A DNA stretch of 64,000 nucleotides. Source: Folioceros fuciformis (Eukaryota). A model generated the notes under the pieces. The model was not told the DNA's origin, ran no database searches, and worked only from the letters and a program-made list of their open reading frames with translations. A program made the translations under genes and the position numbers. Below, piece by piece: positions 1 to 11,216 of this stretch (the first letter of the stretch is position 1; each line of letters opens with the position of its first letter). The DNA lies in the NCBI GenBank assembly GCA_049999805.1, contig JBNGIO010006345.1, positions 112,093 to 176,092 of the forward strand. The letters are read 5' to 3'.

Positions 1-1
1 T

Positions 2-1861
2 AGGGGAGGGGATGACTGGGAGGGGAATTTCTGGGGAAGGAGTGATGTTGGGAATTCGGATGGGAATTGGGAACGGGAAGGGGCGTTGTCTGGGAGGAGT
101 GATGAAGATTGGGCAAGCAGAGCTAGGGAGAAGGCTTTGCAGGCATTGAGGTTGCGGGATCCCAGTTTCGTGTCTCTGGATAGTCTGAGGAGGACGAGGA
201 ATAAAGGGCGGAGGAAGAAGGGGGTGGGTAGAGGTGAGGATATTTTTGTGGGTGGAAGGGGTGTCGGCAACATTTGCTGGCCACCAGGACAGATTGAGGA
301 TGTGGTGGCGGACGAAGGGATTTCTTCTCTGGCACGAGAGGACAGTGAACGCAGTCTCAATAAAAGACTCGTTCAGGCTGGTGACTGTGAGGAGATACTC
401 ACTCTTGTTGGAGACGCCCTGGCACGTGCACGGAATGAGGGGTTGCAACTACTGACCCCTGTTAATGCTGCGACTGCTCTGCACAGGATTGCGCGGCACA
501 TGGAGACTGTGGCTATGTCCAGAAGCGACAGACTGGGATTTGCACGGAGGCAAGAGATGGTTCAGCTGGTGCGAGTAGCAGTGAGTGTCGTGAGGAGTTG
601 TTCTGCTCGTGGAGTTTCCAACATTGCCTGGGCCCTCTCTAAGGTGGGAGGGAGCTCGTTGTACGCTGATGAAATGGAGGTGGTTGGAGTTGCAGGGTTG
701 GACCGGCTTTGTGAGCTGCAGCCGCAGCATATAGCGAATGTTGCTGGAGCTTATGCTGCTATGAGGCTTGCGAATCATTCTCTGTTTGAGGGATTGGCCC
801 AGCGAGCCAGTTTAGTTGCTGGTAGATTTCAGCCTCAAGAGCTGGCACAGTTGCTTTGGGCTTTTGCTACATTATGTCACCCTGTATCTCCCTTGCTGGA
901 TGCTCTAGACTTGATCTCTGAAGACTGTGTATGTGGAAATGGTGCTCAGTCTGAGGACACGCCGAATCCTGTTTCTAGACCGGCTCATCTGAAGCCTGAC
1001 ATTGTAAGGCAAGGACCTGGAATGTTGGATAGTTTTAACTTGGATCATTTGGCTGTCATATCATGGGCTTATTCTGTTCTAAACGAATTACGTAGACCGT
1101 CATTTGCAAGAATATGGGCCAAAGTTTCTCAAGTGGACCATGAGTCACAGGCAAACAAAGGTGTTGTTGCCTTGACGGTCAGGTCCCTGTCTCAGTTGTA
1201 TCAGGTGAAGCTTACTCTCGATTTGGAGTACCCCGATGTGCACTTGCGGCTGGCAAGCTGTCTGGAAGAGGCAACTTTGGCAGCGTGGAACAAGGGGAAG
1301 AGAGGGTCGTTGCTCACGTCTGCTTTGCAGAAGGAAATTCGACATCTGCTCACGGGTGCCGGGCTTCAATTTGAGGCAGAGTACACTGCGGCTCATTACT
1401 CCGTAGATCTGGCTCTTGTGCAGCGGCACATTGCTGTTGAAATAGACGGTCCTTCACATTTTGCGCGGAACACAGGTTAGTTGGCAAGAATCTTCCCTTT
1501 CTGACTTCGGACTTCACTCGCCCTATTCGAGTTGCCATTATGTGTATGGTGGTTTGAAGGCCATTTGATCCTTTTCGTGCCTTTGCCTCGTTACTGTAGG
1601 TTCACCCCTGGGCCATACAGTTCTCAAGACGAGACATTTGAAAGCCGCTGGTTGGAGGGTGGTATCTGTTCCGTATCATGAGGTGTGTATGCTTTTGCAG
1701 AGTGACATTCCTTGTGCTGTCTTGTGCCTTCCTCGTGACACCCGACTATTCCCAAAGTCTCCTCCTTGTCTGAAAGTGACTATGTTGATCAGTTGGAGAA
1801 ACTTCAGGGAGAAAAGAGCCACACGAAGTTTGTTCGGGAACTCCTTCAAGGTTGTCTATAG
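2..1861 (+). CDS. RAP: RAP-domain (OPR/RAP) RNA-binding protein, chloroplast RAP-like; 5' end lies outside the window
   Basis: Frame 2 is open from base 2 (RGGDDWEGNFW...). It contains NAATALHRIA, SNIAWALSKVGG and PQELAQLLWAFA repeats and the RAP motif VDLAL..IAVEIDGPSHF. Introns 1476-1599 and 1683-1792 (GT-AG) restore GSPLGHTVLKTRHLKAAGWRVVSVPYHE|LEKLQGE..., with stop TAG at 1859-1861. Confidence 0.9.
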
Positions 1862-2217
1862 CCATTTCCAGTTGCAAAGGCGATGACCCTCCCGGCTCCC
1901 TCAATGTGCGTTATTGTAAAGCTCCAGGGTCAAAAAGAAACCTCTTGTGCTGCTTACATCTTGTACAGCTTTCGACATCGATGTTAAAGTACATAAAGTC
2001 CCTGAGAACTTCCAATTGTTGTTCCTCTCAGCCTCTGTTTACGCAGTTCCTGCACTTATCCTGTAGTCCACTTATGAAGACCATAGTTGATTGATGAACC
2101 ACGCCGATGAGATCCAAGGATCACTAAAATCCTCACCTAGGACAAGCGAAAGTCAACCACCAGGATGGAGAGCAGAATTGATACCCGCCGACACTGAAGC
2201 ATCAAAGATTCAAAAGG

Positions 2218-2301
2218 TGAAGGCACCAAGGATCCAAGAGATGAAGGCACCAAGGATCCAAGAGATGAAGGCACCAGGGATCCAAGAGGTGAAGGCACCA
2301 A
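2218..2301. repeat. 24-bp tandem repeat, about 3.5 copies (TGAAGGCACCAAGGATCCAAGAGA)
   Basis: Directly visible; reads KAPRIQEM repeated in the + ORF 2091-2318. Confidence 0.9.
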
Positions 2302-3171
2302 CGAGGGGACCTGTCTAGTCATGCGCACTCCAAGCTTGCCAAGTAAGGTATGTGGGAAGTTAAGGTTGCACATAGGCGCGGGAAAAGGCCTCTTGGAAAT
2401 GCAACGAAATGTGCCATCGGGCAAGCGGCGGCAAGACACCGACGAGGTCGGAGCCGTCCAGGCCTGAAGTTCTTTGCGGGATGAGGACGAAAAGACGTGC
2501 AGAAATTGGCTCGAGTCCAGCGGATTTCTGGAAGGAGTCCGCGAGCGCACCGGTTGGGCTTCCTCATCTTGTACACCCTTCCGCGATTTCTGAAGGAGAA
2601 AGTTCCGCAAATCTCATCCGTGGTCAAAGGTTATCTAGCTAGAAACCTCGTGAGCGGGAAGCAGTCGGACTCTCCCGATGCAGATGATCCCAGGCAGATT
2701 TTAATATGTTTTGTGCCTGACTGCCATGTCTAGGTGTACGTTTGCGTGTAGTCAGGCCTCTTCTGGAAGTCGAAGATAAGTGATTGTGGCAACGCTGATG
2801 AAGGTCAGTGGATCTGCACAGATTTCTCTGTGAGGACACAAAATGTTCCTTTCTGGGGATGGTACATAATGAAAAGCTGGGCCTAAGGACAGTCTCCGCA
2901 CAGTTTGGATTTTTGGGGTCCAACAACTTTTGGGAGAGGGACTTTGTCATTTTACGCAGTCTGTGCCAATCGTTTCCTGGAGGCTTCAAGGAGTGAACGT
3001 CGTCCACAAATCCTTACTGCCGGCATGTTGTCGATGCAGATTCTTGATAGAGGTCCTGGTTGCAAGCGCTCATGAAAGGTATAAGAAGAGGTACTGTTGC
3101 TGCAACCGCAGAGTATCTCGTCTTCAAGCTTCTTTTGCACGTCCAGGAGAGACACAATGATGAACTCGGCA

Positions 3172-4072
3172 ATGCTAAGACTCATTTTGCTAGTGTTAAC
3201 TTGGATGACGCCGCTGTTCTCCCAGTCAGGAGGAACTGCGGTTGGGCTAGCTCAGGCTTCTCCGCCGCGTCCACCCAGCACTTGCCCACTTAGCAAAGTC
3301 AGTCTTTCTCATTTTGCAAATAACAAGGTCTACTGAAACATGTGCTCGGTTCATCCTGATGGTATGCTGGTAAATGCCGCAGGTTCGTGCGTGCGAGAGA
3401 TTCAACCGTGTGAATATAGGAGGAGATTTTCTGCCAAGAACATGTTGCAACACACGACCAGGAGTGATACACTCGATTCTGGACATCCCCATGTCCAAGG
3501 CATATGTATGTGTGGATCTGACGTCCAGCCCAGGCTACTGTGGCTCCTGCACCAATTCCTGCGGGTATGGATTTGTCTGTTCTCTGGGCAAGTGCGTACG
3601 TAAACTCTCTCCTCCATTACTTCCTCCTTCGCCTCCCCCACCCATCCGTCATCCTCCTCCTGGTACAACTTCCTGCCATGAAGACCGGGAGTGCCGTCGA
3701 AGCTTTTCTTGCTGCTCCAATCTCTGTACAGACACCAGCACCGATTCAGCAAACTGCAACTTCTGTGGGAACGTCTGCCCAGGCAACAGCTCCTGCATCA
3801 ACTCTGCTTGTGTGGAGTCATGTGACTCCAGCTCCGACTGTAGTGACGTGCACTCAGACTGCTGCGATGGCAAAACATGTCTCAACTTGTTGCTGGATGT
3901 CAACAACTGCGGCGAATGTGGCCATGTCTGCCAAACACTGAACCCAAAGTCTCCCCCTTATTGCAGTAGTGGTATGTGCCAGGGCGAGTGCGAAGAAGAT
4001 TCGGATTGCCCTGCAGATCGCAGCAAGTGCTGCAATACTGGCTGCGTTCCCCCCTCTGTCACCACCTGCTGA
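3172..4072 (+). CDS. Secreted STIG1-like cysteine-rich protein with several Cys modules and a Pro-rich linker
   Basis: Exon 1 (3172-3297) encodes a signal peptide, MLRLILLVLTWMTPLFSQSGG. A phase-0 intron 3298-3382 (GTCAGT...CCGCAG) joins it in frame to ORF 3374-4072. Three STIG1-type modules: CVDLTSSPGYCGSC, CTDTSTDSANCNFCGNVC and CLNLLLDVNNCGECGHVC. An alternative in-frame ATG is at 3157. Confidence 0.82.
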
Positions 4073-4189
4073 ATAGACAGACAGTAGTTGCAGAATCCGA
4101 AACTGGAATCAGTCGATTCCTTCTGCTTCAGACTTTTGTTACATTCAAGTTAGCTCGTACGTTCAGTATGATATACCGCAAGGCTTGCG

Positions 4190-5949
4190 TCATTGTATCC
4201 TTGATCCTCCTTTTTCACTGTATACCAAAGGAAGCAAAGGGTGGTGTGCCTTTTGTCCTTCCTTCACTTGCTTTCTCCAGACTTGGAAACTCCAGTTGTC
4301 CTCATCTTGCAGCTTTCTCCTGCTCACGGGAACAGATGAATAGAGGGCACAAGAAAGCTCTCAGATCAAACAACGGCAGCCCTCTAAGCAGTTGTGCAGG
4401 AAGAGAAAGAACGACGACATAATGAAAATCCAAGCCAAGCACAAAGACAAAGCCGGACAGAAGCACCGTAAATGCTTGGTGGATAGAACTCGGGCTCCGT
4501 CAGCGAAGTAGCTAATTGTCCATGCAGGTCGAGACAGCGGCCCGGCTGGCTGTGGTGGCGCCCAATGGAGAGTCCAGCCATGGTGGATGGTGCTGTTCCA
4601 AAAAAGAGATCCAAGCCCGACCAACCAACTAATGAGATGAGCACGGATGAGCAAGCTCGTACTTCGAGTTTGAAAACAAGGATTCCCCGGACTTGCGCAC
4701 TCACACGTCACCCAGGGCCAGATTGTTGTAGCTTTGAATGGGATAACCCCTGCCTTCTAGCCGCGCCATTCCTTCATTGGACTGCCAGTACGGCAACGCG
4801 AAGTCCCGATGGGAGCCTGAGAGCTGACACTGTGAGAAACAAAATCTGGAACAACAGCAGGTCATGTCTAGAAGGAAAGTATGAAAGTTATTACCAGAGG
4901 CAAAATGGAGACTGGAGTCTGAGCTGGTTAGTGTTCGCAAGGGAATCCAGACAGTCAGAAAGGAGTTGGTATCCAGAGGAACCATGTTCAGATCAGAGTG
5001 CCAGTTTGTGACTCCGAACCCAGGTTGCTTGAGGAAGAGGCAATCTTGGTAGAGGCGGACCTGACAGAACGCTTGTAGTGACACATGCCATGCCAGAATT
5101 AGCGCATGGGACTTGAAGGAAGCAGATGATGAGGATATGACGGCTCGTTGAAAGCAGCACATACTCGTTTCACACCCAGCAGCTCAGCCACTGTTTTGCA
5201 CAGAGCATGGTCCAGGGCAAACTGCAGCACAAGCTCGCTCTCTCGATGGAGATTGAAAAATTGCAGGAAGCCGAGCTCATCCCTTCCCTGCACACCGCGA
5301 AGTATTAGGAAGTCCAGTCCACATGGCTGGGTTGACCAGACGACCCAGACCGGACCAGCTGCCGCAGGGCTGCACGCGAAAGAAAGCACCTTGAGTCGGA
5401 TAATGTTTTCCGCCTCCGTCACCGTCTTGGCACTGAAAGGATCGACCCCTGGACACAGCACCGATATACGGTGCCTGAAGGCCTGCAGCATATTCACCTG
5501 AGCTCTTTGCAGAAGCGCGGGTTCCAAAGCCTGGACTTTGTGAGGAGGTAGGAAGCCCCTAAGGCATACATGACCCTTCCTCTCGAACTGCAACAATTGC
5601 TCCAACGCCCTGGAGCCAGGACCGTCTTCGGCATTCCTTCTAATCCCTGAGGAAGCATGCTCCTTCGTCACCCGCCCTGTCGGGATGTTGCAAGAGCATG
5701 ACATATCCAATACAGAGGCTGGCCAGTCAGCCCTCATTGCCGCCCAGAAACTGCTGGCATACTACCTGTGACCATGCACCTGCGGTGTGTCCTTTGCTGC
5801 AAAGCCGCGAAGAAGCCACCTGGTTGTGCTCCCGAAAACCATAAGCCAAAGAAAGGCAAGCTTGAACCACAGGCGAAGGACAAGAGCTGATTTAATTGGC
5901 TCACGCTGGCGACAGAAAGGACTCCGCCAGCTCCTACGGAAGGTGCCAT
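4190..5949 (-). CDS. Phytanoyl-CoA dioxygenase (PhyH)-family 2OG-Fe(II) oxygenase, multi-exon
   Basis: Exons encode QFERKGHVCLRGFL, FLQFFNLHR, RLYQDCLFLKQPGFGVTNWHSD (HxD), TVWIPL, SGSHRDF and HHGWTLHWAPP (distal His). The last exon reads RKLQDEDNWSF...HHPLLPLVY...*, with its stop at 4190-4192. The start codon and first exon are uncertain. Confidence 0.82.
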
Positions 5950-6111
5950 GGATTTGAGATAGGACAACCCAACGACATAGAGACCAGTAGTAGTAGTTCT
6001 GAAGCCGACGACCTACAGAATGTTCTCACGCCACGATCACCTGCTCCGGGAGATTTGGTAACCCGCCCACTGTACCCAGCCAACCGCTAGTCTCTTAGTG
6101 GGTGCGCAGAC

Positions 6112-8418
6112 ATGGCTTCCTTGATGGTGCCATCAGGGAGCATCTCTTCAGCGTCCTCTGGCCACTACGACTCATCAGCAGCAAGCTTATCAAGTGTGAT
6201 ATGCCATGCCCGTAGCAGCGCCTCGTCGAGCCGGCTGGTGTTTGGCTTCTGCGACAGTGATGTGCTCGGTCCTCAGCAGCAGCTGACGAGCTCTTGGACG
6301 CGGGATGATCAGAAGCTGGGGAGGCCGACTCGTCAGAGGCGAGCCTGGCATGCTGTTTGTATGGCGTCTCATCCCACAGGCAATGTGAGGAGCGTGAGCT
6401 TGGAGAATCGGCGGCCCGACACAATTCGTGCTATCCAGCAGGCTCTCTCGAATTGCCTCACGGACACCCACCTGGATGACACTGTGCCGGGATTGGGACC
6501 CAGGATCCGCGGCAAGGTGTTTGCTTCCTTCCGACTACGCTGTGACTGCTCAGAGAGGTTGTGGTGCCAGCCTGAGTGCGATTCATGCTTGACAGGTGCG
6601 GGACACATATGATGCAGGCGATTCTCTGGTGATCGTGACCACGGACAGGCAGAGTGCGTTTGACAGGGTGCTGGCATCTGTTCCATTCAAGGGTCAGGTA
6701 CTGGTTGTGGGGACTCGGTCCTGCATCGTTGCTTTGAGGCAGAAGCTCTCCTGAGGCGCAAGCATATTCGTGTGGTTTCAGGTGTTAAATGAGGCAAGTG
6801 TGTGGTGGTTCAGTAATTCTAAGCACATCACGCAGAACGCTTTCATCGCTGCTCCGGATCCGAATGTGACCATTGCCAGAAAGTGCAACGTGTTTCCTGT
6901 CGAGTTCGTAGGTACAAGCATACCACACCGGTCCTGGTGTTTCATGTGGCCCGTGGATGTAGGAAGCCCCTCCTTGGTTCTGGCTTTTCCCTGTCTGATG
7001 GTGAATTGTTGCGTTTTCAGTAAGAGGTTACGTGACTGGAACTACGAGCACATCTTTGTGGACAGTCTACAACAACGGGGTTCGCAATTACTGTGGCAAT
7101 GTTCTTCCAGAAGGTAAGTGATAGGGTAGATGTAGTGTTGTTTCAGAACCTGAGAGGAGAACCTTCAGATCATCATCCTAGTTCCCTGAATGCCTTGGTT
7201 ACTCGGGCCAGGTCTTGCAAAGAATCAGCGTCTCGATGCAAACATTCTCACTCCAACAACTAAGGCAAAAGACCACGATGCTCCCATTTCAGGGGAAGAG
7301 GTACGCTCGCTCTCAATCGCTAACCCTCCTTTTCCTGACGATCGCGATGCAGATCCTAAAGAGGCTTGAGGGCGAGGTGCTCGTTTGGTTGCAGATCGTT
7401 GCCAGGGCGCTTATGTCTCAAGCAGAGTATGATGAAGTCTCGAGCAAAGCTCTTGCTCTTTTCGCATACGGTCAGGTATTAAGGTTTTCTTTTGACTACT
7501 GAGAGTCCCCGATGGAAAATGTGGGGTTGTGCAGCTCTGTGCCGAGCTTGGATCGTGACCGGATGCACTGATCGTGTGACTATCAGAAAGTGGCAAGGGA
7601 GCATGGCCTGCTTCTAGTGGATACCAAGTACGAATTCGGGAAGGCCGCGGATGGGTCTATTCTTCTGATAGATGAGGTATTCTGGAATCCCTCATGTAGG
7701 GTGTCGGGTCACTAGGTTGAAATCGTGCACGGAATCTGAAAGTCTCAACACTTTCCTTCCAGGTGCACACCCCTGACTCCAGTAGATATTGGATGGCCTC
7801 CTCGTACGAGGAACGTTACAGAAATGGATTGGAGCCTGAGAACATTGATAAGGTAGCTGGTGCTTGTCGGGCCCGTCTTTCCTTTTCTCCCTTTTGCAAC
7901 GTAGGTTGCACACTGTTGACATTGTTTGAGACAATCATGGCAGGAATTCCTCCGGTTGTGGTTCAAGAACAACAGCGATCCCTACAAAGACAAGGTGAGG
8001 CTGTGAGACTGCACAAGCACATATTTCATGAAGCGACTCAGCTTTGTGTCTGCTTTACAGGAAGCTTCTAACATATCACCATCTCTTGCCAGGTTTTACC
8101 ACCTGCTCCACCGGAACTGGTCACTGAACTTGCCTGGCGGTGAGAAGTTTGGTCTTCTTGGTCTGTATCCATGACGTAATTCAGTTTAGACCCATCCTAA
8201 GCAAACAGCATTTGTGCAGGTACATTGTTTTGTTTGAGACCATCACTGGAAGGGAGATCCAACTCCCGAACATCGAGGTAACAGTCAAATTGAAGCATGA
8301 CACGGTCGTAGCTTGTTGATGTTATCCTGGTCCTTGTTGTAACCCACCCCTTGCTGCATAGGAGCCTGTCCATGACAGGATGTCTCGGAACTTGAAGGCA
8401 TCACTACCCTGGGTATGA
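6112..8418 (+). CDS. PUR7: SAICAR synthetase (phosphoribosylaminoimidazole-succinocarboxamide synthase) with a Ser-rich transit peptide, multi-exon
   Basis: Spliced motifs [71 protein letters not shown]. The last exon [18 protein letters not shown] ends at 8418. Confidence 0.95.
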
Positions 8419-9074
8419 GGCTCATGCAATAGTTCCAGTCAGTTTGTGAAGCTTCACTCTTGGGAGCATGGCACCGCACCCAGATACTACACCGACCGCT
8501 AATGGAGCTCGTAATCTGGAGGGTCCTCTTCCTCGTGGATCATGCCCTGCTGGAAGGCTGAGTTCACCTTTAGATCACTTCCAACTGTCGGAGCCGATCT
8601 TTCTTTTCTGGGCAACGAGAGAGGCTCTGGTGTCGTGTCGTGTAGTTTTTTTGTCGTTGAATTTCGGGATTAGTTACAGGAACGACCCAGGACGTCTGAG
8701 ATACCTCTAAACACCTTCCGCCTGAAAGGGGAAGGGTTCGTTTCTCAAGTAAACAACAAAATCGCTTTAGGTAACATCATTATCTCGGGATCTGCAGCGT
8801 CCCATTGCTTTTGGGGTCCATGTTTTCCGGCTCGGCTCGGACGCTGGGTGCTCGCTTCATCTTGCCCACTTTTTAGTTCAGATTCAACCAATTCTGTTAG
8901 GTTTAGTCGCAGGTATAGAAAGGAGACATTTTCCATGCAGGTTTTGTTAAGTCTAGCAAAGGGGCGGGAAATAAACTCCCAAAATTATCACATGTCCTTA
9001 AAATCTAAACAAGTATATATTAAAAAGATTTATTCTCTTTAATTTTTACAGAAAAATTCATGCAACATTTTACA

Positions 9075-9160
9075 TTAGGCTTTGGGGACAGCCTTTAGTG
9101 TTCCTTTCATGGTTTATCTCCCTCTCTAAGGGTAGATAGGTTTTCGTATCTTGTTTTCCT
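9075..9160 (+). repeat. Partial copy of a dispersed repeat; same family as the inverted repeats at 14110-14470 and 16890-17108
   Basis: TAGTGTTCCTTTCATGGTTTATCTCCCTCTCTAAGGGTAGATAGGTTTTCGTATCTTG is the near reverse complement of 14111-14173 (AGCAAGATGGAAAAATCCATCTACCCTTAGAGAGGGAGATGATAAACCATACAAGGAATACTA). Confidence 0.8.
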
Positions 9161-9651
9161 AAAATAAATAAATTTTAACATGGTTCTTAAATGACTAAAA
9201 ACTATGAAACGTACATTTGATTTAATTTGATTTTGAGACGAGGCATGAAATCCATTTTGCAATAAAAATTGTCATTTGTAGCAAAATCACAAACTTTTGT
9301 CAAATTTGCAAGCTAATCCTTTTGATTTGCTGCCAAAGGAAGAATATGATTGAGAAACCAGTAAATGGGTATGAATATGTATGTGCTTGAGACCCACTTT
9401 AAGGTGATGTATAATGACTATAAGGATGATTACTGCTCGATAAAAAATATATTTAAAATTAAAATAAAAAAGAAGTAAAAATTGATCAAATGTATTGATG
9501 TAGCTCATGAGATGCTTAAAGCTCTGAATAGAATAGATCAAATTAAGTATTTATTCATAAAGAGGACATGTGCTGATGATATATCCAGAAATCAAGGTGC
9601 GACAAGGAATGGAGATATGTGGCAAAACTAAGAGGAATAGAATAGTTTTTA

Positions 9652-10293
9652 TTAGACGTAATTAAGAACCTCGCAATCCTGTTTTATTTCAGCAGTAACG
9701 TATTCTGGTAGATACGATTCTAATGCCACGTAGTTTGAGTAGGAAACCAGAAAGAAATCGACGTAGCAGGGACCATGGCCGCCACCATCTTCCACCAGGA
9801 CGCACCCATTATGTGTGCTTCCGTGTGGGAGCTTCACGTCCTTCAACGCCGGAATGAACAGCTTGGTTCCGAAGGGTAGGTCGCCGATGGCGACGCTCAC
9901 AAACGGGTGCAATGGATTGTTGGTGGATCCCATCCCGAAGGGGAACTTCTCTTGATCCACAATGAAGAAGTATTGGCGGAACGAATCGTAGGCGATGAGC
10001 TTCCCATTGGATAACATACATGTGCCTTCCTCCACGCACTTTTCAAACGTGTTCACGTCCACGCTCGCAATTGCTAACCCGTTTGAATCCAGGATCAATT
10101 TTGTTTTCGGGCCTGTCAGGTTGATGGGTCTGCCGTCATACGTCACATCAGATGATCCTTCCTTGGCAATCCAGAATTTCGTGAACCTGAGCTGAGAGCT
10201 ACCGTCGTAGCAGGAGGGACTTTCTCCGCTTGCTTTGTGCCAGCCTAGCAACATCCACGTCGCCAACAGGAGGACAGTACTGGCCATCTTCAT
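9652..10293 (-). CDS. Intronless secreted 3D-domain (MltA-like, double-psi beta-barrel) protein
   Basis: Signal peptide MKMASTVLLLATWMLLGWHKASG (ATG at 10293). The C-terminal half, PFGMGS..PLHPFVSVAIGDLPFGTKLFIP...HNGCVLVEDGG...VDFF, resembles the 3D pattern (AVDP..IPLGT..I...DTG....IDIF). Recognised by eye only. Confidence 0.7.
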   Translation of the reverse strand: MKMASTVLLLATWMLLGWHKASGESPSCYDGSSQLRFTKFWIAKEGSSDVTYDGRPINLTGPKTKLILDSNGLAIASVDVNTFEKCVEEGTCMLSNGKLIAYDSFRQYFFIVDQEKFPFGMGSTNNPLHPFVSVAIGDLPFGTKLFIPALKDVKLPHGSTHNGCVLVEDGGGHGPCYVDFFLVSYSNYVALESYLPEYVTAEIKQDCEVLNYV

Positions 10294-11216
10294 CCAAGTT
10301 GAGAAGGCTGTAACAAACTTCGGGTTAGTCTTTGTCTTGCACAAGCACTAGTGACATGGTTTAAGGGGTTATTCTCCGTCTTGGGGAAGCAGCAGCTGAC
10401 CTACTTTCCTCGTGCATGTGCTTTGCCTACCGCACAGTGATGCTTACATCAAAGCTGATTCTTGCATAAAGTTCCGTGAAAGGTAGCACAATACCTTTTA
10501 CAGCGACATAAAATGCCCCGCACAACATTCTCCCGTTTCGAGAATTTGTCAAGACTTTTAGCCGGGTTGGCTGGCCCAGGCGTATCAGCCGTTACTGTCA
10601 GCACGCACAGAAGGATTACCCGTGTCTGAATCGTTTCAGGAGTGGGAGAGGGATTACCCGTGTACGAACCTTTCAGGAGTAACAAATCCGCGCAGGCACT
10701 GCTTTGACAACCAATCTTCCAACCGAATCTTCCTTCGTTCCCCTTGACACCCCACAATAATGGCCAACACTCCCACTTGCGGGCTTCATGTGCGCAGGCA
10801 GGTACCAGCTTGCTCGACTCTGTCTTTCTTCCAGCAGTCTAAATCTCAAGCGTGCAAATGGAATGTGTTGTTCGCAATGCTCTCGCTACATTAAGGAGCA
10901 TGGCAACCTCTAATACCATAACCCAAAAATCCTGGCTCTCTTGTGCCCAATCTGTCTGCAAGCATGTCAAACGACGAGACCAAGGGAAGTGCCATGGTCA
11001 CAAGCTTATGGTAAAACCAGACCCACAGATTGAGGTAGGTACTCCCTCATGGGAAAGAGATCTTCCCACAAATTGAGGTAGGTATTACCTCGTAGGACAG
11101 AGGCCTCATGCTTCAACTTTCTGTTCCACCTACCAACACTCTGTTCCACCCTCCCCTGCAGCTCATGGCGAGCTGCAACGAAAGCCTGGTGATCATCTGG
11201 ACACCACCACTGACGC

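Noticed and set aside
2950-3170. Possible NB-ARC remnant (LLDVQKKL...IL; VDDV) on the minus strand
   Set aside because: No P-loop or other motif, and it needs a frameshift; too weak to call.
11022-11090. Duplicated CCCACARATTGAGGTAGGTA (43-bp period) with a let-7-like TGAGGTAG core
   Set aside because: Only two copies and no long precursor hairpin; let-7 is an animal family. Most likely a small duplication in a 3'UTR.
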